Below are positions 52,680-64,000 of a DNA stretch of 64,000 nucleotides, piece after piece. The stretch covers positions 60,760,001-60,824,000 of the forward strand of contig OX597817.1 in the NCBI GenBank assembly GCA_951406725.2, read 5' to 3'. The translations under genes and the position numbers were made by a program. The notes beneath the pieces were generated by a model, which was not told where the DNA came from, searched no databases, and was given only the letters and a program-made list of their open reading frames with translations. The stretch is from Octopus vulgaris (lineage: Eukaryota). Every line of letters starts with the position of its first letter. Within the stretch, counting starts at the first letter, position 1.

Positions 52680-53204
52680 TACATGTGTATGTGTGTGTCT
52701 GTGTGCGTGTGTATGATACACAATACATGGATTCAAGTAATCCGGTGGTACTCATAAAAAATCAGCTCACCAATGTATCATTGTACAAACTATAGAGAAC
52801 GTATAATAATATACCGGAGGAAAACTGTTCATATGAGCTGAGTGTGTGCTCGCCTTATTTCTGACAGTTTTGTCCGTTTAAGTGAGTTTGTAAGTAAAAG
52901 CTTTTGCACAGAGACTGTGTAGACTGTGACAAAATTTCCTCTGCCCCCCCCAACCCAATCTAATGGCGACATAGTTGTCAGTGAGTGGAAAGCTGTCTGT
53001 CTTCTTGATACCAACAGCACGAACAATCTCGACATTATTTTTATTTTGTCCCTGTAGGGAGCATTATTATCAGAAGAAGGAGGGCAATTATGTACCCATC
53101 TCCTTCCAGAGCCCCTTGATGAGGGTGTCAAGACAGTCTCTACGAGTACGCTGCATGCTGTTCAAAAATGCCTGAGTGTCTCGATGTTCGAATAAATGTA
53201 TAAC

Positions 53205-53254
<50 letters not shown>

Positions 53255-53259
<5 letters not shown>

Positions 53260-53340
53260 GGCTTAGTAAAATAAATTACTTTGCCGCATACTGAACTCAT
53301 TAGAAATAGCAGCTAAAAAACTTTTTTAAAGCTATTTCCA
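53255..53340 (-). mobile_element. Isolated fragment of the 7168-8230 element inside (TA)n
   Basis: Near-identical to 7185-7270 (gggcttagtaaaataaattactttgccgcatactgaactcattagaaatagcagc). Confidence 0.85.
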
Positions 53341-53369
53341 ATATATATATATATATACATATATATATT

Positions 53370-53496
<127 letters not shown>

Positions 53497-53499
53497 GTA

Positions 53500-53655
53500 A
53501 GACGGGCTTCCTTCGGTTTCCGTCTACTAAATCCACTCACAACTCTTTGGTCGGCCCGGAGCTATAATAAGGCACATATGCCTAAGATGACACGCAGTGG
53601 GATTGAACTCGGAATCATGTGGTTGGGAAGCAGGTTTCTTACCGCATAGCCACGC
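53500..53655 (-). mobile_element. SINE family A head
   Basis: gacgggcttccttcggtttccgtctactaaatccactcacaa...cacgcagtgggattgaactc...cttaccgcatagccac. Confidence 0.8.
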
Positions 53656-53710
53656 ATATGGACACTTGCATACATACATACATACATACATACATACATA
53701 CATACATACA

Positions 53711-53746
<36 letters not shown>

Positions 53747-53758
53747 CATATGCAAGCG

Positions 53759-53806
<48 letters not shown>

Positions 53807-53843
53807 ATATGTATATATATATATATATATACATGTATATATG

Positions 53844-53877
<34 letters not shown>

Positions 53878-53904
53878 CACATGTATATATATATATATAC
53901 ACAT

Positions 53905-53936
<32 letters not shown>

Positions 53937-54613
53937 ACGTATATACACAACGTATATGTATATGAATATATTTGTAAATAGGTATAATGCACATACATGT
54001 ATGTACGTATAAATTCACATATATGTATGTATGTATGTATATATACATATATACATATATATATATACACACATACACACATACATAAGTATATAGGCAT
54101 ATATGCATAGTTTTATGTGTATATATATATATACTGATAAACGTAACCGATATTTATATATGCTCACCCACACCCACACATATAGTAATATATGTGTGTA
54201 TAAATACATATATATACTTACACAAAATATATATATATATATATATATATATCTGTATTCACAGATGTAAACACAGAGATACTCACAAACAAATGTATAT
54301 AAACATATATACATATATCTTGATGCGTACACAAGCTGAAAAACTTTGGCAATAATTCTATGGCATGAATTTGTAAGTTTAAAGCCATGGCTAATGTACC
54401 GAATACCGTTTCCAGTGGTCTTAATTGATATAATCGGAGATTATATTCACGGTATCATCTGTGGATGGAGTGACACACACGCTTAAACGCACACATAAAT
54501 ATATCGTCCACCTACGTATGTGTACATGTGTGTGTGCTGCGTGATGTGAATTAGTGTGCGTGACCGTATCTGTGTGTGTGGTGTCCGTTTATGTGTGTGT
54601 GTGTTTGTGTGTA

Positions 54614-54699
<86 letters not shown>

Positions 54700-55052
54700 C
54701 ATGTATATATACATGTATATGTAGGTACGTACATATATGTTTGTATGTATGCATATATTTTTATTTATCACATTATATATATATAATTATAATAAATATA
54801 TTCGTATATATATATACGATATATTTATTATAATATATATATATATATTTGTGTGCATGTATATGTGTATACATATATGTAATTCTACTTAATATATATA
54901 TATATATATATAGATAGATAGATATATATACACACATATAGATATATTACATATATATATACATATATATACGTAAGTGTATATATATACATATATATGT
55001 ATATATATACATATATATGTATGTATATATATATATACATATATATATGTAA

Positions 55053-55106
<54 letters not shown>

Positions 55107-55357
55107 ATTACATATATATAAGAATATATATATATATATGTATAATTGAAGAGACTGGTGTCAAGAGAAGGGAGTACCTTTGGATATTTGTTTATAGCAA
55201 ATGTCCAAAAATCTTTTCAATTTTATATTCATAGACGTCGAATGCTCAATTTTAGTGTTCGTAGATTATATTTAATAATGCTACCTTAATTAATAACTAC
55301 TGGTTTATTATGAAGATGGGCGTGCTCTATTACTGTACTCTAACAGGTTTCTAACGG

Positions 55358-55562
55358 ACCCATATTGATGTTTTTTTTTTCTTTCCTTTTCACGATCCCT
55401 TTTGATCGAAAACCTAACCCCCTTTTTTTTCTCTCTCCAAAAAGAAAAGCACTACTTTGTAATTTGTCCCGTCTGTGTTCAGCCCTGTGTGGCTAATAAA
55501 GAAAGATATCTATCTATCTGTCTGTTTGTCTGTCTCTCTGACTATCTATCTAATAAAGAAAC
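55358..55562 (+). mobile_element. Tx1/L1-like 3' UTR fragment (same family as 3689-5022) followed by (CTAT)n
   Basis: acgatcccttttgatcgaaa...ttgtaatttgt...cagccctgtgtggctaataaagaaa matches 4903-5020. Confidence 0.85.
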
Positions 55563-55563
55563 A

Positions 55564-55662
<99 letters not shown>

Positions 55663-55745
55663 ATATATATATATATATGTATGCATGTATGTATGTATCT
55701 GTGTGTGTATACATATGAATGTATTCATATATATATAAATATGTG

Positions 55746-55814
<69 letters not shown>

Positions 55815-56263
55815 ATATATATATATATATAAATATATGTATGTATGTATGTATGTATGAATCCGTGTGTGTGTATGTGTGTGTATAGTATATTTTGTAG
55901 CAACTACCTGTATAGTGTTTGTTTTCATTTTATATTCGCTCAGCAGGATTTTTCTGATGACGTCACCAAAATTTAAATCATTATCGAAAATGCATGAAAT
56001 TGTCATGATTTTTGGTCGTTAATTGATTAGGAAAGAGCATGTTCGCGTCATGGGCGTAGATCTTCCGTGTTTCCTTTGTCGTCGTTTTGTTCAATATTTT
56101 CATCATATACGTACATACTTACATACACATACATATATATATATATACATACATACATATATATATATACATATATGTATATTCATATACATATATATGT
56201 ATAAATTACATATACATTTATATATATATATATATACATACACACACACATAGATACACACAG

Positions 56264-56296
<33 letters not shown>

Positions 56297-56397
56297 TGTA
56301 GTTACATAGATCTATAAATGGATATGTAACAATATATTCATGTGGGGCTTTGTATATGTTGCACTAATTAATGAGAGATGATTAAACTGACAGTTTG

Positions 56398-56485
<88 letters not shown>

Positions 56486-56709
56486 GTAGGTAGCTAGGTA
56501 GGTAAGTAGGTAGATACGTAGATTTGGTGGAGAAATAGGGATTTCCAAGTGCTATCAGTTATTAAGATAACCCCAGACGAACGAAATACTTAGTGCATAT
56601 ATTGTTCGGTTAAGAAATATATTTTTTTAATCTCTGCGGTGAAGATTTGGTTTCAGGTTACTTTCATGTCGGGCCTGAGTGTTTAAATTCACCTATAGAT
56701 CCACACACA

Positions 56710-56788
<79 letters not shown>

Positions 56789-57112
56789 ATATGCACACAT
56801 ACACACACACAGATGCACATACGTACACACAGATCTGTATATATATATGCATCTATATATTATATATATTACACTCATATACACATATATACATATACAT
56901 ATATATATATACATACATCTGTGTATATATATATATGACATGTATATTATGAATAACTTACGATTATATAAACAGACATATATATACATGTATATATATA
57001 TATATATATATACATACGCATATCTATCTATATATGTACCTATCTATATATATATGTTTGTGCATATATATATATATATATAATTATCTTATATTTTACG
57101 ATCGGACGCCAA

Positions 57113-57213
<101 letters not shown>

Positions 57214-57233
57214 TATATAATATATATACATAC

Positions 57234-57350
<117 letters not shown>

Positions 57351-57706
57351 GAGATGAGATGTAGACAGATAACAGATAGATAGAGCGACATCTATATACA
57401 TATATTTACACACATACACACATGCGCACATACATTCCGTTGATGTTTCCATTATTTGTCGCGTTATGTAATTGGCAAATAATTTCAATAAGTCACCGAG
57501 CGTGGAATGTTCGATATCATTGCCAATTAAATTTTAATAAATACTTGACTCCTTATTTAATCAAAGATTTTTATCTTAATTTTTAGTATCAATACCAATA
57601 AAGGAAAAACTATCTTGCAGTACCCACATTCTCTATTTCTGTATATCAATCTATATATATGATACTTACATACATATATATATATATATACATATATAAT
57701 GTATAT

Positions 57707-57751
<45 letters not shown>

Positions 57752-57853
57752 CAAAATATATATATTCATATATAGGCGTATTGAAGATTTGGTCATAAAG
57801 TCCATCTTGGGATCCTTGAGTTTAAAGTGTGGAGGTATATATCCATATATCTA

Positions 57854-57981
<128 letters not shown>

Positions 57982-57982
57982 C

Positions 57983-58048
<66 letters not shown>

Positions 58049-58313
58049 ATATATATTTATGTATATGTATATGTATATATATATACATTTATATGCATTT
58101 ATTTAGATGTACACACACTCACACACACACGTATATATATATATCGTTACTCCGTGATTTATATCTGTATATGAAACCACTTAGTATTCTTTACAGCATG
58201 TGATACGTGTATATATATGTGACCGTAAGTTTCTATACATTAAATACACACCACACATGCATATACTTCTTATTTTGCAAGCATGCATACATACGCAACT
58301 CTAAGTATGTGTG

Positions 58314-58433
<120 letters not shown>

Positions 58434-59090
58434 TATATATATATATGCATATATATATATGTATATATATCTATTAATGTTTGCATTCATACACACACAC
58501 ACACACTTCTATTCAAATCGTTTTGCTTCACTTAGTTTCCATTTTACGATAACCAGAGCGTGATCTTACGATCATGTACCGAAACAACTCCGCCTGTATA
58601 TATAACCTTTCTTTCTCTCCTGATTATCTCACAGGTTATGAAACTTAAGCTGGGGTCTGGCTAAATAATTCTCTATTTATTTTAACAAGTAATTCGTCAT
58701 TTCTTTTTCTGTGAGTAATTGTTTACATTAATTAAAGCCTAGGTCTTAAAGGCAGTTTTCCCAAACAGTCCCGGAAAATGACACACTTGTCTTATGAAAG
58801 ATGTATGTATTTATACACATACACACACTCACACATGTATATATGTATGTAAGTTTCAATAAGTACGTAAGTATATATGCATATGCATATGCATATATCT
58901 ATATCTATATTTACACACACACGCACACATACACACTCAGATAAATTACTACAGTTATAAGTAACGATATGTACGTATCTATATATAATCTATATTTATG
59001 TATATATTTACATATATATGCATGTGTATATATACATGTACATATATACGTGCACATATACACATATATACGTCCAATTTGTGCATATAC

Positions 59091-59187
<97 letters not shown>

Positions 59188-59544
59188 CAGAATTCATCCA
59201 AGGCTGAGGTCACGTGCCATACACTCCTTACATAATTCAGGATGGCAATCTCTTTTACTCAACAGGCCCTGCTGCATTTAACCATTATTCCAATATAAAT
59301 GAAAGAAGGAAAAGTTCCCATCATCTTCACACGAAACCCGGACAACTTTCTTCAAGAGATACCACATAACCTACCTCTATCTGTCAACAGCAACTCTATG
59401 AAATGTTGCAGAGTCGTGTCGCATTCTTGACATAATCCCTTTGAGGATATCTTCTCAATCCTTACTTTCCAATGTGTTTTCTTTGCAGATAACTTTTTAC
59501 CATAGGGACAAAATTCGTATCGATTTTACTCAATGAAAATTAGT

Positions 59545-60610
59545 TTAGACCAGACTTATATCAGATAGTGTGCGCTGTATGAATTCGATATTAGCTTTAG
59601 CTCTTCAGCAATGGAAGCCTCTGGAAATATTCGTTCTGTCTTTGGAAATGAAGCTTTAAGTGTCCCGAGATGCCAACAATGGTTTGACTATTTTCGCCCA
59701 GGAAACTTTCCTTCAACCGATTCTGTTTGATATGGATGACCAGGTTCTGTTACTATTGACCTTCTGAAGAAAATACAAAGCAAACTACACTTAAATTAAC
59801 CAAACAGGTCAACTCAAATCGCACCACCATCATAGCACATCTTCATGAACTAAAAAAAAATGTGTCTAAATTTGGTTAGTGGTCCCTCACTATCTACTTA
59901 GTGTAATCAAAGATTTGCCCTCTGCCCCTGAGTGAGCAGCAGATTTGTTACCGAACCTTACCTGGGTAGAATCATCACAAGTGATGAAGAGTTCGTTATC
60001 TTTAATGATATTCAAAGGAAATGACAATGGTTAGCGCCCAATGATAAAGGAGAATACAACCGCAATCCACGACTACACCCGACTAAAGTTCTGCTGCCTG
60101 CTTGGTGGGGTAGGAAGAGTGACATCTATCCGGGTGTGTTAAACCAAAAGGAATCGGTTAATGCGGAGATAGTAAAGGTGTCAATTAGAAACATTGCACA
60201 ATAATTTGCAGGAAAAGCACCCGTAATTAGTTATTCTTAAAGGGGTGTTGTTTTGATGCGATCATTCAAGACCCCTTATTACTCTGGGAAAATACGACGT
60301 CGATTATGAAAATCTTGTCTCATGTTCCTCACAATCCTGGTCTTGCTCCATCTCATCGGCATCTTTTCAGATCATTGCAGCATTACGTAAAGAGAAAACA
60401 GATTATCAATTATGAGAGATTTAAAATGATGTTCAGTGTTCCTTTTCGCGAAAACCTGGAGAATGTTACGCTGGAAGGAAAAACGATTTGCCGAAGAGAT
60501 GGAATTGCGTTATCAAAAATAAGAATTATCTTCATTGGCAATATCAAGGAAGCATTTCTTTCTTTCCCGCCTTGAAATACGACAAGAGTTTCTTTCCATG
60601 CTAATATCAT
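59545..60610 (+). mobile_element. Heavily decayed mariner transposon
   Basis: Fragments LYEF, VFGNEALS...CQQWF, RIITSDE, HVPHNPGLAPSHRHLFRSLQ (YSPDLAP.DYHLFRSLQ-like). Confidence 0.75.
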
Positions 60611-60627
60611 ACATAGGTCTCCCCCCG

Positions 60628-60707
<80 letters not shown>

Positions 60708-61061
60708 ATGCACCACACACACACACAATATATATATATATAGGTGAGAGAGTTGGTGTGTAAAAGCATGTGGATGGATGTATAAAAGAAAATACGAAAC
60801 CGGTTATTTCTCCAAAAACTATGTTACTATACACAAAATTTTATAACATATTTCTAACATAACGACTTAAATATATTCTTTAACCTTATAACACAAGCCT
60901 TCTGTAGTTTTTATGGCCTGCTCGCTTAGCCAGCGGGGTGGCGTCATTCGAAGGCTAAAACAATGCGAACGCATTGTGACCAGCGATGTGTAGCAACATC
61001 TGATGGTCTGGTTGGTCACGTGATCACGTGATATATATATATTCATATATATATATATATA

Positions 61062-61270
61062 AAGTTAATCCAAACATGAAAACACAAAGAGAAAACACAA
61101 CAACGCAAGGATGTGGAACAAATATAGTATTATTGGACGCTCAGGAAGGAAGGGAAGAAGGAGGGTTTAACGTTTCGATCGGAGCTCTTCGTCAGAAACA
61201 AAGGAAAAGGAAAGATCCAGAGAAGGGAAGACGGAGGAAAAAAATCGCCAATGGTACACACGCGGTCACA
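61062..61270 (-). mobile_element. Repeat family H2 with canonical-core minimal hammerhead at 61165-61199
   Basis: Minus strand: gttt CTGACGA a gagc tcc gatc GAAAC GTT aaac. Confidence 0.78.
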
Positions 61271-61819
61271 TACATACATACATACATACATACATACATA
61301 CATACATACATTAGTGGGTGGTTGTGTACGCATGTATACCTTTATATTTCGTATATGTTTTTTTAAAACAGTTCTTCCTAAAAAAAGTTTTTGAAGGTCG
61401 TAATAACCATGTTTCTGTAATAAGTATGTAATAATTTATTTTATCAAGGTCAGTATCCGCTCTAAGCCAATAAAAAAAAATTATCTACAAAATGCATATA
61501 TTTTTTATGCTATGATATAGTTTTTTTATAATAAATAAGCGACAAAACGGATCCTTGGGGACCCCCTAACTTGTGCAGAAGTATCAAGATAACGACGACA
61601 GAAACTGCTCTTCTTTCACGCTTTCCAACTGAAAGGTTTTATTTGGCGCTTTCTACTCTCAGCTCATACACCACGCGTGTATATATGTGCACGCTGCTAT
61701 ATGTGTATGTATAAGTATGTGAATGCATGTGTGGGTGCTTAGGGAAATACGTATGACAGCACACGTATACACGGCATATACATACATACATATCCATTAA
61801 TACATTCATATATATATAT

Positions 61820-61856
<37 letters not shown>

Positions 61857-62099
61857 GCGTGTGTTTACGTAATTTTTCGCTCGTTGGTGATGTCCTGTAC
61901 TTAATGTATTTCATATTTATGATATATATATATATGTGTGTGTGTGTGTGAGCGTGTGTGTGTGTGTGTATACATACACATACATATATATACATGTATA
62001 TATACATGCATACACACACACATATATATATATATATATACATGTATATATATATGTGTGCCTACATAAATATATATATACATATACATTAATACATTC

Positions 62100-62133
<34 letters not shown>

Positions 62134-62156
62134 ATTCATGTAGATATATGTGTGTC

Positions 62157-62195
<39 letters not shown>

Positions 62196-62346
62196 TCGTA
62201 TAAATATGTCTGCATATGTGTGTGTATAGATACATGCGATATATACATACATATGTGTTTGTGTGTGAGCGCGCATAGATATACATACATCTATGTCTTT
62301 CTGTCTTTTTGTCTCCTTGTATATGTGTGTATATCTAAATGTAAAT

Positions 62347-62390
<44 letters not shown>

Positions 62391-63274
62391 CTATTTGTGG
62401 GTGGATGTTTGTGTGAGATGAATGTGTGTATGATTGTGTATGATGAAATATATACGATATACGCACACATGCAAGAGGTTGTTGCTATGGTTGACAATAT
62501 CAAATGGCTCGTGTAAGATGACCTACAAAAAGCAGACATCTTTTGATGAATATGAAGGTAGCTTCTTTACAATATATTTGCAACATCGTAATAACTAAAG
62601 CTGCTTTGAGAAGACGAACGGAACAAAAGCAATTATAATTGAAAAGGAACTTATCTTCTCTCTTACAGACTAATATTTCCTTTATAATTACTAACGTGAA
62701 GTAATGAACAACATGGATATATAATTACTGGTATCATATGCAATAGTTTACATGAAAACTAAATTGAAGGAAGAACAAAATCTTTTAGTTTCTTTAAATT
62801 GTATTTATTTGAATTTGGGGTCTGTTGTATTTTATCTTTCCCAAATTACAATCACTGCACTGCGGCTCTGCTGGAGCACAACTCTTCAATGTCTGGTACT
62901 TATTGTGTCGATCTCTTTGGCACAATCGCTATTTTGTCAGGACATGATGAGAGCACAAACAAAAAGGCTCACATACACGTACATACATAAATATATTTTC
63001 ACACATACACACATATGTATGTGTTTATATATATACATATACATACACTCACACATAAATACACACACGCACTCCCACGCATATATTTTTATATATCAAA
63101 TACCATACTACATAAATTCTTAATGTATTGAAATTACCTCCTCGGTTTTATAATTAGCAAATGGTAATTAAAACCAGCTCAACACGAGGAGATAATGTCA
63201 AGTATCAATAAATCTCTGAAATTGATAGACCATCAAGGAAAAGGATTGGCTTATTGTCAGGAGAAAAGATGACA

Positions 63275-63319
63275 GTTGTGGACATAAGTTTCTGCCTCAA
63301 TAGGCGTCATCAGCACAAC
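63275..63319 (-). ncRNA. Type I hammerhead ribozyme motif (canonical core)
   Basis: Minus strand: gttgtg CTGATGA c gcct attg aggc a GAAAC TTAT GTC cacaac; 6-bp stem I, GUC triplet, C.A mismatch at the base of stem II. Confidence 0.82.
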
Positions 63320-63940
63320 ATTTGTCCTAACCTATCTTCTGGCGTCCAAGTAAGAGAAATAACTCTATTTAACCTGATACATGAACAACAGAAACAAATA
63401 CACGTAGATCACATGCAATACGATATAAATTTATCTAAGTTATGCAAAGAACGTAGGCTGGGAGTGTGTTCCGTGTGCGTCTGTCCCCCTGGCCACCGGA
63501 GACGGGTTGGCACAATGTTTACTGAAACATGAATCCGAAGCTGTCTTCTGATCTCCAGGGAATATGCTAATCCTTTTCCTTAATGACATCACAACTCTGG
63601 AGATTTCTTCATTCTTCAGATTATCTGTCCTGTTCATATGGAACTATTCTTAATAGTTATTTGGTAACTATGACACATCTAGAAGCGAATATAATTCTAA
63701 TAAATCAAAACTTTATGTTGTACGGCATTTGATAGACCTATAGTTGTCTATATTGTTTGCCTCCCTCCAATATTCATTGTGTTTTTAACACAGTAAATCG
63801 ATGTTATCGATGTTATCTCAGGACGAATAACATAGTAGCTAGCCTTTCAATAGTGTATATGCATTTAGTGTGATACATAGATGGCTATTTTAATTACATA
63901 CTACCTCAATTGCGTATACCGTTTATGCATGAGTGTGTGC

Positions 63941-63994
<54 letters not shown>

Positions 63995-64000
63995 ATAAAA

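Noticed and set aside
55950-56000. CTGATGA ... GAAAatgcat
   Set aside because: No stem II pairing and no valid NUH with stem III.
60760-60812. gtat...atac GAAAC CG GTT hammerhead-like string
   Set aside because: CUGANGA and stem I are not recognisable.

Overview
AT-rich, microsatellite-saturated eukaryotic (metazoan) DNA with no confidently identifiable host protein-coding exon. The repeat content resembles a coleoid cephalopod (Octopus-like) genome; this is an inference from SINE and microsatellite style. Nearly all non-microsatellite sequence is transposon-derived. It includes several tRNA-derived SINE families, fragments of CR1/L2-, RTE-, Tx1/L1- and Dong/R4-type LINEs, a Penelope-like RT fragment, and one full-length plus several decayed mariner elements. 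The main hidden signal is a dense set of type I hammerhead ribozyme motifs (CUGANGA-stem II-GAAAC-palindrome-GUH). About 15 intact-to-degenerate copies belong to about 9 unrelated short non-coding repeat families, most lodged in or beside (TA)n/(AAT)n tracts. Two of them show Penelope pLTR/retrozyme architecture (5' inverted segment plus more than one unit of terminal redundancy). In both of these, the second ribozyme copy carries the same GAAAC>GAGAC (A14G) catalytic-core change. All structures were read by eye; none were folded or searched computationally.
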